This document shows, one piece after another, positions 1 through 8,029 of a stretch of 64,000 bases of DNA. Every line of letters starts with the position of its first letter. The stretch's first letter is position 1. The DNA comes from Methylocaldum sp. (GTDB lineage: Bacteria; Pseudomonadota; Gammaproteobacteria; Methylococcales; Methylococcaceae): assembly GCF_035627495.1 (NCBI RefSeq), contig NZ_DASPLO010000012.1, positions 591-64,590 on the forward strand. The letters are read 5' to 3'. Below the pieces are notes generated by a model. It was not told the origin of the DNA. It ran no database searches and worked only from the letters and a program-made list of their open reading frames with translations. A program made the translations under genes and the position numbers.

Positions 1-222
1 GAGGCTGTCCATGCACATCGTCATGCTCTTCGGCATGGCGCTTGCGCCCTCTCCGTTGTCTTCCATGCCGTCGAACTTGAGAATCTCCATGCGCCATTGA
101 CCCTTTTGGGCCGGAGCGTCGCGAAACACTTTGGGCGTGGGCATTTCTTCCGCGGCAACGGCGGACACGCCGCCCGCGATCAACAAAAGCCCCACGACAC
201 CGAACTTACCGATCTTGTTCAC
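1..222 (-). CDS. hypothetical exported protein, N-terminal part only (runs off the window)
   Basis: Minus-strand frame is open to the window edge. GTG at 222 is preceded by GGAGA. The N-terminus VNKIGKFGVVGLLLIAGGVSAVAAEE looks like a signal peptide. Absent from the ORF track because there is no stop in the window. Confidence 0.45.
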   Translation of the reverse strand, partial: MNKIGKFGVVGLLLIAGGVSAVAAEEMPTPKVFRDAPAQKGQWRMEILKFDGMEDNGEGASAMPKSMTMCMDSL

Positions 223-435
223 AGATATCTCCTATGGAAAAAGCACTCAGGGCACCGGCAGGCAACAACGCCGGTTCCGGTGCCCGAAAGCTTAGCCAAG
301 TTCGCGCCTTACGGCCTAAAGCGCATAGCTCTCCTTTGTCCGATTGCGTGCAACATGACAGTCGCTATTTGTGCGAAACCCGACATTCCTTTAGCCGCAG
401 TATCCACTGACAATTGCCGTTCAAGCGCTTCGCAT

Positions 436-460
436 CGGTATGTATATTTATATATAGCGG
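436..460. promoter_or_regulatory. candidate ModE-type operator
   Basis: CGGTATGTATATTTATATATAGCGG contains TATGT-N7-TATAT, resembling the E. coli ModE half-site arrangement TAT(A/G)T-N7-TAYAT. It lies between the divergent gene at 1-222 and the porin/mod operon. Confidence 0.3.
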
Positions 461-589
461 CATGCTAGCAGGACGATAAACCGTGACTGAAAACGCATTT
501 CCATCGGACATTCAACAATATGCATGCAGGTTTGTGGTTGTCACGGTAAGAATATGGCCGAAAACAACGTTCCGATTCATGTTGCTGGT

Positions 590-783
590 GTAGGTGGGTT
601 AGGCGCGCACCGCACCGAATCTGGAAAGTTCCTGTGGTGTTTCCGCGCGCCGTAACCCACCAGGCAAGGCCGCGGAACCGGTGGGTTACGGCGCGCGGAG
701 AGTCCTGCGGCCATGGCATGGTTCGTGGCCGTGCGCGCCTAGCCCACCATCGATGGGTTTCGCTTCGCTCTACCCATCCTACA
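590..783. repeat. REP-like nested palindromes
   Basis: GGTGGGTTAGGCGCGCAC (592-) pairs with GTGCGCGCCTAGCCCACC (731-). GCGCGCCGTAACCCACC (645-) pairs with GGTGGGTTACGGCGCGC (680-). A GATGGGT..ACCCATC unit follows at 752-778. Track ORFs across it (465..821, 681..866) are artefacts. Confidence 0.75.
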
Positions 784-997
784 ATCGTTTTCGAGTAGAA
801 CGGGATGTTATTGGCGGCCAAATCCTAAGCAAGCCATTACCAGGCAGTCCGCGCTCGCCGATCTAGTTACCCCAATTTTGGCCCCGCTTTTGCTTGATCT
901 TCGTTATTACTACACAGTAATAACGATCATCGCGATCGGAGACTTCGTGGAAAGTGCTGTCGCAGCTTACCGGCAAAACCAATTGGGGAAACATCTC

Positions 998-2542
998 GTG
1001 ACGATAAAAACAAAAACAGCGCTCGCCGTCGCTTGTCACGGCTTACTCCTTGTCGCGCCTGACGGCGCTTCGGCGGCCACCATGGAGGAACGCATGCAGG
1101 CGATGGAGCGGCGCCTTATGGAAATGGAAGATCGCCTGGAACAATCGGAAAAGGAAAATACACAACTCCGCAAACAGATCGCTGCGAAGACGCAGGAAAC
1201 GAATCCGACGAGCCTCCCTGTTGCCGTGCCTGGTGGCGAGGTGAAGGCGCTGAACGACAAGGTCGCCACGCTAGAGAAAAAAATCGAGCTGGATCGCAAG
1301 GCGACAGCGGAAGCGGCGAAGAATGCGCCTAAAATCGATATGAACGGCAACGGCCTGGTCATCAAATCCGCCGACGAGAACTATCGCCTGAGCCTCCGCG
1401 CCTATGCCCAGGCCGACGGCAACTTCTTCATGGATGATTCGTCCGGCGACACGATTCCAGACAAGTTCACCATCCGCCGCGCCCGCCTGACCATCGACGG
1501 CACCTTCTTCAAATGGGCGGATTTCCGTTTTTCGCCTGATTTCGGCCAAGGCAATCTGCGCCTCTTCGACGCCTTCGCCGATCTACACTATTTTCCGTAC
1601 GCCAGTCTGATGGCGGGTAAATTCAGACCGCCGGTCAACGGCCTGGAACGCCAGCAAGGGGCGCCCAATATCGCGTTCGTCGAGCGCGCCTTGACCCAGA
1701 ACCTGACTCCGGCGCGAGACATCGGCGTGATGCTGCACGGCCAGATTCCCTATCCCGGCTATAGCACGCAGTACACGATATTGCCGGTGTTCCGGGAGTT
1801 CTTAGGGTATCAACTGGGCGTCTTCAATGGTGCCCGCGACGGGGGAAACACGGACAGCGAGCGGGAAGACAACAAGGAATTCGCCGGCCGTCTTTTTTCC
1901 CATCCGTTCCTGCACAGCGGCATCCCGGCTTTGGAAGGCTTGGGCGTCGGCATTGCCGGCAGTTGGGGGCAGCCCAGGCGGAACAGCTTGAACAATCTGG
2001 TTTCGGCCGGACAGCAGGCCTTCCTGACTTATAACCCGAATATCACCGCTTCCGGAGACGCCTACCGTGTCACGCCCCAGGCTTATTGGTACTGGGGACC
2101 GTTCGGACTGCTGACCGAGTACGTCATTTCATCGCAACGCCTGGCCAATAGCACGAGAACCAGGACCGCGCGCCAGGACAATACCGCTTGGCAAGTGCAG
2201 AGCTCTTATGTGCTGACCGGCGAAAGGAACTCGTTCTTCGGGATCAAACCGGCCCGGAACTTCGCCCCCTTCGCCGGCACCTGGGGCGCTTTCCAGATCG
2301 CCGCCCGCTGGGGCGAACTGGATGTGGACGACGATACCTTCAAATTCAACGGGGTCTTCGTCAATCCATCCACATCGGCCAGCAAAGCCACCGAGTGGGC
2401 GCTCGGCTTGAACTGGTATATCAACGGCAATATCAAGTTCATGGCCGATTACGCCCAGACTTATTTTGACAGCGGCGCAGCCCGGGACCGGGATCGTCCG
2501 ACCGAAAAATTGTTCCTGACCCGGTTTCAGTACCAGTTCTGA
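998..2542 (+). CDS. phosphate-selective porin O/P family outer-membrane porin with N-terminal coiled coil
   Basis: GTG at 998 gives the signal peptide VTIKTKTALAVACHGLLLVAPDGASA. A coiled-coil stretch MEERMQAMERRLMEMEDRLEQSEKENTQLRKQ follows, then a beta-rich body ending in the OMP signature ...TRFQYQF. The start position is uncertain. Confidence 0.75.
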   Translation: MTIKTKTALAVACHGLLLVAPDGASAATMEERMQAMERRLMEMEDRLEQSEKENTQLRKQIAAKTQETNPTSLPVAVPGGEVKALNDKVATLEKKIELDRKATAEAAKNAPKIDMNGNGLVIKSADENYRLSLRAYAQADGNFFMDDSSGDTIPDKFTIRRARLTIDGTFFKWADFRFSPDFGQGNLRLFDAFADLHYFPYASLMAGKFRPPVNGLERQQGAPNIAFVERALTQNLTPARDIGVMLHGQIPYPGYSTQYTILPVFREFLGYQLGVFNGARDGGNTDSEREDNKEFAGRLFSHPFLHSGIPALEGLGVGIAGSWGQPRRNSLNNLVSAGQQAFLTYNPNITASGDAYRVTPQAYWYWGPFGLLTEYVISSQRLANSTRTRTARQDNTAWQVQSSYVLTGERNSFFGIKPARNFAPFAGTWGAFQIAARWGELDVDDDTFKFNGVFVNPSTSASKATEWALGLNWYINGNIKFMADYAQTYFDSGAARDRDRPTEKLFLTRFQYQF

Positions 2543-2609
2543 TCCACGACTCGAAAATCGGGACAGTTGTGAAAAACCTCGATCTTTTCAATCCATTGGG
2601 AATTCAGCC

Positions 2610-3422
2610 ATGAATCGTTTTTTGTTGATTTTTTTGCTCCTTCTGCTGACCATAGGCCACTCTGCCCAGGGCGCCGAGCCGGTCAGGCTCACCATCGCCG
2701 CCGCGGCAGATCTCAAGTATGCAATGGACGAGGTCGTGAAAGCCTTCAAAGACCAACATCCTGAGGCGATGGTGGATCTCGTCACCGGCTCATCGGGCAA
2801 GTTTTACGAACAAATCGCTCACGAAGCGCCTTTCGACATCTTCTTTTCGGCCGACGTCAAGTTTCCCGAAAAGCTCAAGGAACAGGGCTTGACCGCTTCC
2901 GAGGTGCGGATGTACGCCCGCGGCCGCATCGTTCTCTGGAGCGCGAACATGAATGCCGGCAAGATGACGCTTCAGGACCTGGCCGACCCCAGGATCAAGC
3001 AAATCGCCATAGCCAATCCCAAACATGCGCCTTACGGCCAGCGTGCTCAGGAAGCCTTGGAAAATGCCGGTCTTTGGACCAAAGTACAGAACAAGCTGGT
3101 ATTCGGCGAAAACATCGCGCAGACGGCGCAGTTCGCGGAAACCGGGGCAGCGGACGTCGGCCTCATCGCCCTGTCGCTCGCGGTAAGCCCTAGCCTCACG
3201 GCAAAAGGCGGGTACTACCTCATTCCCGAAACCCTGCACGAACCCCTCGACCAAGCTTACGTCCTCCTCAAGAGAGCCGAGAAAAATGCGTTAGCCGGCG
3301 CTTTCGCCGATTTCGTCGCCAGCGAGCCGGCCCGCGCCATCTTCCGCAGCTACGGCTTCATTCTGCCGGGCGAAGCTTTGCCTGGCGCCGCCGAGCCCGA
3401 AAGCAGGAGGTCATCGCAATGA
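2610..3422 (+). CDS. modA: molybdate ABC transporter periplasmic binding protein
   Basis: Signal peptide followed by ModA-like motifs (TIAAAADL, TGSSGKFYEQI, ANPKHAPYGQRAQEAL). modB and modC lie downstream. Confidence 0.9.
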   Translation: MNRFLLIFLLLLLTIGHSAQGAEPVRLTIAAAADLKYAMDEVVKAFKDQHPEAMVDLVTGSSGKFYEQIAHEAPFDIFFSADVKFPEKLKEQGLTASEVRMYARGRIVLWSANMNAGKMTLQDLADPRIKQIAIANPKHAPYGQRAQEALENAGLWTKVQNKLVFGENIAQTAQFAETGAADVGLIALSLAVSPSLTAKGGYYLIPETLHEPLDQAYVLLKRAEKNALAGAFADFVASEPARAIFRSYGFILPGEALPGAAEPESRRSSQ

Positions 3423-3598
3423 AAGAGATGAAACCCGGATTGCTGCTCGTTTGCTTGTGGTTAGCGTTCGGCCAGGGCGTAATGATCCTCAAGCACGGTC
3501 AGATTCACCACAGAGCGGCTTCGCATCGGTTTTACGACTTTTTGTCCTCGCCCATGGCGCGAGCCATTTTCACCCGCTTGGGTCATCTTCTACCATGA
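3419..3598 (+). CDS. unlisted 59-aa small hydrophobic/His-rich protein
   Basis: ATG at 3419 overlaps the modA stop (ATGA) and is preceded by AGGAGG with an 8-nt spacer. Its stop overlaps the ATG of the next gene (ATGA). Sequence: MKEMKPGLLLVCLWLAFGQGVMILKHGQIHHRAASHRFYDFLSSPMARAIFTRLGHLLP. One residue below the track cut-off. Confidence 0.5.
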   Translation: MKEMKPGLLLVCLWLAFGQGVMILKHGQIHHRAASHRFYDFLSSPMARAIFTRLGHLLP

Positions 3599-4008
3599 AT
3601 CGGCTCCCGGCCCGGATTACCGCCATCGCCAGTCAAGGGGGCATCTCCCTGGTAGATGTGGCGGTGGCGGAGGATACCCTGACCGCCATTATGGTCGAAA
3701 CGCCGGCAACCGCGCCTTATCTGACCGTGGGAGGAGATGTCTCGGTGATGTTCAAGGAAACGGAGGTCTCCCTCGCCAAGGGGCTTTCGGGCCGCCTGAG
3801 CCTGCGCAATCGTTTGAAAGCCGTGGTACGAAACATCAACAAGGGCGAACTGCTGGCCGAGGTGGAACTGGACTATAAAGGACATCGACTGATCTCCATT
3901 ATTACCAGCCGGGCTATCGACCGCCTGGAGCTGACCGTGGGCGATCATGTCGAAGCCCTGATCAAGGCCAACGAAGTGATGCTTGGGGAGGCGACCCATG
4001 GCCTATGA
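3595..4008 (+). CDS. tandem TOBE/Mop-domain molybdate-binding protein (ModG-like)
   Basis: Two TOBE-like halves (RITAIASQGG...VMFKETEV and SLRNRLKAVVRNINKGELLAEVEL...ALIKANEV). Sits between modA and modB. Confidence 0.7.
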   Translation: MNRLPARITAIASQGGISLVDVAVAEDTLTAIMVETPATAPYLTVGGDVSVMFKETEVSLAKGLSGRLSLRNRLKAVVRNINKGELLAEVELDYKGHRLISIITSRAIDRLELTVGDHVEALIKANEVMLGEATHGL

Positions 4009-4669
4009 CTGGCAACCTTTGATCCTCACCCTCAAGCTCGCCACGGTCACGACGGCGATATTGATCCTCATCGGTGTGCCCCTCGGTTACTGGCTGGCTT
4101 TCGGCCGCTTCCGCCTCAAGGCCGTGGTGGAAACCCTGGTCGCCATGCCATTGGTTCTGCCGCCTTCGGTGCTCGGATTCTATCTCCTGCTTGCCTTCAG
4201 TCCGAAAAACGCCTTCGGCCGCTTTTTGGATGACACGCTGGGGCTGCGGCTGGTGTTCAGCTTCGAAGGGCTGGTGGTAGCCTCCGTGCTCTTCAGCATG
4301 CCGTTCATGGTCCACCCGGTGCAGTCGGGTTTTCAGAACCTGCCGCGCAGCCTCATGGAAGCGGCTTATACGCTGGGGCTGTCCAAATGGCAGACATTGA
4401 TACGTATTCTTCTGCCGAACATTAAGCCGTCCTTGCTTGCCGGGGTAGTAATCAGCTTCGCCCATACTATCGGCGAGTTCGGAGTCGTGCTGATGATGGG
4501 CGGCAGTATTCCCGGCGTGACCAAAGTAGCGTCCATCGCCATTTATGACGAGGTTGAATCCCTCAATTACTCAGCCGCCAACTTTTATGCGTTCATTCTG
4601 TTCGCGGTCAGCTTTTCGATCCTGCTCGCGGTGTTTTTCTTCAATAAACGCGCATTGAGACCGCTCTGA
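3998..4669 (+). CDS. modB: molybdate ABC transporter permease
   Basis: ATG at 3998 follows GGAGG. Polytopic membrane protein with the EAA-type loop SLMEAAYTLGLSKWQTLIRILLP. Confidence 0.9.
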   Translation: MAYDWQPLILTLKLATVTTAILILIGVPLGYWLAFGRFRLKAVVETLVAMPLVLPPSVLGFYLLLAFSPKNAFGRFLDDTLGLRLVFSFEGLVVASVLFSMPFMVHPVQSGFQNLPRSLMEAAYTLGLSKWQTLIRILLPNIKPSLLAGVVISFAHTIGEFGVVLMMGGSIPGVTKVASIAIYDEVESLNYSAANFYAFILFAVSFSILLAVFFFNKRALRPL

Positions 4670-5577
4670 TGCTGGAGCTGTCGCTGCGAAAACACCTGCA
4701 CACGGCGGAAGGGAACGTGACGCTGAATCTCGAGTTCGAAGTCGAGACAGGACAGTTTCTGACCTTATTCGGGCGATCAGGCGTGGGAAAAACCACCTGC
4801 TTGCGCTGCATCGCCGGGCTGACGGAGCCCGATCACGGAAGAATCGTCGTAGGCGGCGAGGTGTGGTTCGACCGGAACCGACGCATCAACGTCCCGCCCC
4901 AGAAACGCGGAGTCGGTTTTGTGTTCCAGGATTATGCCCTCTTTCCCAATCTGAGCGTGCGCGAGAACCTCCACATCGCGTTGGCGGACCCTAAAGACGA
5001 GCACTATGTGGATGAACTCTTGAACCTAATGGGCATCAAGGAGCTGGAACGGCGTCTTCCGGCCACCCTGTCCGGGGGACAACAGCAGCGGGTAGCGCTG
5101 GCGCGGGCTTTGGCCCGTAGACCTCGGCTATTGCTGCTCGACGAGCCGCTTTCCGCCTTGGACGGTGAAACCCGGCTCCGTCTTCAGAATGAAATCCTGG
5201 GAATACACCGCCATTTGCACATGACCACGCTGATGGTCAGCCATGATCTCGGCGAAGTCTACAGGCTGTCCAATCAGGTCATCGTCATCGAGGGCGGCCA
5301 AGCGGTTGTCCGCGGCCGACCCGCCGAGGTTTTCAGCAATCGCCGGATCAGCGGGAAATTTCAGTTTACCGGCGAAGTGCTCGCGATCGATCGCAACGAC
5401 GTCGTATTCACTCTCTCGATCCTGATCGGTAACCGGGTGGTGCAAGTGATCGCCACTGCGCAAGAAATGCAGGATATCCAAGTCGGCGACACGGTAATGC
5501 TGGTTTCCAAGGCATTCAATCCGATCGTGATGAAAGTGGATCGGAATCCCGGCCGTACCTCGCGACCCAGTTCATGA
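4669..5577 (+). CDS. modC: molybdate ABC transporter ATPase
   Basis: Walker A GRSGVGKT, signature LSGGQQQRVALARAL, Walker B LLLLDEP, and a C-terminal TOBE-like tail. The start overlaps the modB stop. Confidence 0.9.
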   Translation: MLELSLRKHLHTAEGNVTLNLEFEVETGQFLTLFGRSGVGKTTCLRCIAGLTEPDHGRIVVGGEVWFDRNRRINVPPQKRGVGFVFQDYALFPNLSVRENLHIALADPKDEHYVDELLNLMGIKELERRLPATLSGGQQQRVALARALARRPRLLLLDEPLSALDGETRLRLQNEILGIHRHLHMTTLMVSHDLGEVYRLSNQVIVIEGGQAVVRGRPAEVFSNRRISGKFQFTGEVLAIDRNDVVFTLSILIGNRVVQVIATAQEMQDIQVGDTVMLVSKAFNPIVMKVDRNPGRTSRPSS

Positions 5578-6407
5578 AAGGCCATCGATTAATGACGAAT
5601 CCAAGTCCCGAGAAAGTCGATCCGCCCTCCTTGGTAGAGGGCGAATTGCGCCTCGCCGGCGGCCTCAATGAGCGCCTCTTTCGGCTGCTCGCGGCAATCG
5701 AGAAGACCGGTTCGATCAACCGGGCGGCCAAAGATGTCGGCTTGAGCTATAAAGGCGCTTGGGAAATGGTGGAGCGGGCCAACAACCTTTCTCCCCGAAT
5801 TCTGGTTTCCACCGCAGTCGGCGGCCGGCACGGAGGCGGCACGAAGCTCACTGGCGGCGGCCGGGAATTATTGGAACTCTTTACCAGACTACAGGAAGAG
5901 CACCGCCGCTTCCTGGATTCGAAAAATCGGCAATTGGCGGACAACCCGAATCTCGTTTTCTTATTCAGGAGATTAAACGTGAAAGCAAGCGCGCGTAACC
6001 AGTTCTTCGGCAAAGTGACCGATATCCGCACCGGCGCGGTCACCGTGGAGGTGTGCATCGGTCTCAAGGGCGGTGACACCATCGTGTCGTCCATCACCAA
6101 GGAATCGGCGGAGTCGCTCGGCATCAGAAACGGTGACGACGTGATAGCCCTGATCAAGGCCCCGCTGGTCATGATCGTCAAGGATTTCGGCGGATACCGC
6201 CTGTCGGCGCGCAATCAGTTGAAAGGCACGGTCAAACGCATTCAAAAAGGCGCGGTGAATTCCGAGATCGTGATCGAACTGGCGGGGGGCGACTCGGTAG
6301 CCGCTACGATAACCAATGAAAGCATGGATTCGATGGGACTCCGCGGAAGCGATACGGCGTACGCCGTGTTCAAGGCGGGGTCGGTCGTTCTCGGGGTTGC
6401 CACCTAG
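5574..6407 (+). CDS. modE: molybdate-responsive transcriptional regulator ModE (HTH + di-Mop)
   Basis: N-terminal HTH (IEKTGSINRAAKDVGLSYKGAWEMVE) and two Mop domains, each opening with SARNQ. ATGA overlap with modC. Confidence 0.9.
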   Translation: MKGHRLMTNPSPEKVDPPSLVEGELRLAGGLNERLFRLLAAIEKTGSINRAAKDVGLSYKGAWEMVERANNLSPRILVSTAVGGRHGGGTKLTGGGRELLELFTRLQEEHRRFLDSKNRQLADNPNLVFLFRRLNVKASARNQFFGKVTDIRTGAVTVEVCIGLKGGDTIVSSITKESAESLGIRNGDDVIALIKAPLVMIVKDFGGYRLSARNQLKGTVKRIQKGAVNSEIVIELAGGDSVAATITNESMDSMGLRGSDTAYAVFKAGSVVLGVAT

Positions 6408-6510
6408 AAGGTGGGCTTTCCGCGGGTATCGGCTTCCCGCTAAAACACAACTCTGAAATATGTAGGACACGATTACGCGGATCAGAGCGGCCCCTGAACC
6501 TTTCAGGCGT

Positions 6511-6545
6511 AAATAACGCTTGCTGTTATTTTATGTTTCTATAAT
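6511..6545 (+). promoter_or_regulatory. ars promoter region: 7-bp inverted repeat plus -10 box
   Basis: AAATAAC-N7-GTTATTT at 6511-6531, followed by TATAAT at 6540-6545. The -10 box is only 9 nt upstream of the arsR ATG, so the mRNA is leaderless or nearly so. Confidence 0.45.
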
Positions 6546-6554
6546 AATTGAACC

Positions 6555-6896
6555 ATGGAAATTAAATTTATAGTCACCGCGCTTGCAGCGCTCGCCCAAG
6601 ATTCCCGCTTGGCTATCTTCCGCTTGTTGGTGCAGGCCGGGCCTGAAGGCCTATCCGCCGGGAAAATCAGCGAGGCGCTGGGCATTCCGCCCTCTTCGCT
6701 CTCCTTCCACATGAAGGAACTCGCCCACGCCGATCTCGTTTCGTCCCGGCAGGAAAGCCGTTACGTCATTTATTCGGCGAATTTCCGGACCATGAACGAG
6801 CTGCTCGGCTTTCTGACCGAAAACTGCTGCGGCGGCAAGCCCTGCAAGCCGACCGCCACATCCGACTGCACCAGCATCGAGGAGACCCAGGCATGA
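6555..6896 (+). CDS. arsR: ArsR/SmtB family metalloregulator
   Basis: Winged HTH (LAQDSRLAIFRLL..., ISEALGIPPSSLSFHMKEL). The C-terminal Cys cluster ENCCGGKPC resembles the C-terminal As(III) site of the Acidithiobacillus-type ArsR. Confidence 0.85.
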   Translation: MEIKFIVTALAALAQDSRLAIFRLLVQAGPEGLSAGKISEALGIPPSSLSFHMKELAHADLVSSRQESRYVIYSANFRTMNELLGFLTENCCGGKPCKPTATSDCTSIEETQA

Positions 6897-7396
6897 GTGA
6901 AAAAACCTTCAATGTCCTTTTCCTGTGTACCGGTAACTCGGCGCGCAGCATCATGGCGGAAGCCTTGCTGAACACCATGGGTTCGGATCATTTCCATGCC
7001 TTCAGCGCGGGCAGTCACCCGACGGGAACGGTCAACCCATTCGCCCTGGAAAGATTGGAAAAAGAGCGAATTCCCACCGAGGGCGCGCGGAGCAAGAGCT
7101 GGAATGAATTCGCTCGACCGGCGGCACCGGTCCTGGATTTCGTCATCACCGTCTGCGACAACGCGGCGGGAGAGGTGTGCCCGGCCTGGCCAGGACAGCC
7201 GATCACGGCCCATTGGGGTGTGCCCGATCCGGCAGCGGTCGCCGGTTCGGATGGCGAGAAACGCCTGGCCTTCAGCAAGGCATTCGCCGTTCTCCATCGG
7301 CGCGTCTCCTTGTTCACGAGTCTCAATCCCGCAAGCTTGGAGCGGCTCGCGCTGGAACAAAAAGTCCGCGAGATCGGGCGCGTAGTCGAGACCTGA
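6893..7396 (+). CDS. arsC: arsenate reductase, LMW-PTP/thioredoxin-coupled type
   Basis: P-loop LCTGNSARS, plus FSAGSHPTG and VITVCD..AGEVCP. Confidence 0.85.
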   Translation: MSEKTFNVLFLCTGNSARSIMAEALLNTMGSDHFHAFSAGSHPTGTVNPFALERLEKERIPTEGARSKSWNEFARPAAPVLDFVITVCDNAAGEVCPAWPGQPITAHWGVPDPAAVAGSDGEKRLAFSKAFAVLHRRVSLFTSLNPASLERLALEQKVREIGRVVET

Positions 7397-7447
7397 AGCA
7401 GAGATTTTCCACGCATCAGCCACTTGTTTAACTTAGGAGATACCCGG

Positions 7448-8020
7448 ATGAAAAAGCTAGAAATTTACGAACCGGCCATGTGCTGCAGCACCGGCGTGTG
7501 CGGTGTCGAGGTGGATCCCGTCCTCGTGCAGTTCGCCGCCGATTTCCAGTGGTTGTCCGAACAAGGCGTGGAGGTCGCCCGCTATAACCTGTCCCAAGTC
7601 CCTCAGGCGTTTGCGGCGAACCCCGTCGTGAAAGCTTCGCTGGAGAAAGAAGGTAACGAATGCCTGCCTCTGATCCTGGTGGACGGTCAGATTGGCAGCA
7701 AGGGGAGATATCCGGCCCGAGAGGAATTGGCGTGTCTGTCAGGCGTGGGCATGGGAACGCCTGCACCAAGTATTTACACGGACGCCGTCGCCGAGCTCGT
7801 TGCGATCGGTGCTGCTATCTCAGCCAACTGCGAGCCATGTTTCAAGTACCACTTTCAGCAGGCCAAGAAGCTGGGTGTCTCGCGCGAGGACATGATGCGC
7901 GCCGTGAAAACTGCCCAGAGTGTGAAGGAGACACCCGCAAAAGCGATGCTGCAACTGGCACACCGTTTTCTCGAAGGAGACCCGGTCGAGCTTCCCGTTG
8001 TACAGAGTTGCCGCGGCTAA
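7448..8020 (+). CDS. arsD: ArsD metallochaperone fused to a carboxymuconolactone-decarboxylase (AhpD-like) domain
   Basis: ArsD motif EPAMCCSTGVCG after AGGAGA-N6-ATG. The C-terminal ~85 aa carry the CMD-type CxxC (AISANCEPCFKYH). Confidence 0.8.
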   Translation: MKKLEIYEPAMCCSTGVCGVEVDPVLVQFAADFQWLSEQGVEVARYNLSQVPQAFAANPVVKASLEKEGNECLPLILVDGQIGSKGRYPAREELACLSGVGMGTPAPSIYTDAVAELVAIGAAISANCEPCFKYHFQQAKKLGVSREDMMRAVKTAQSVKETPAKAMLQLAHRFLEGDPVELPVVQSCRG

Positions 8021-8029
8021 GATATTGCA

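Noticed and set aside
465-866. Track ORFs 465..821, 681..866, 24005..24199 and 34510..34830, with odd translations such as TIVGWVERSETH and MGFASLYPSY.
   Set aside because: They run through REP-like palindromes, and the 'proteins' are read-through of repeats on both strands.
2543-2609. I looked for a molybdenum-cofactor riboswitch or a long structured leader upstream of modA and of the porin.
   Set aside because: The modA leader is only 67 nt with no conserved Moco-motif features. The porin upstream region is occupied by REP palindromes.
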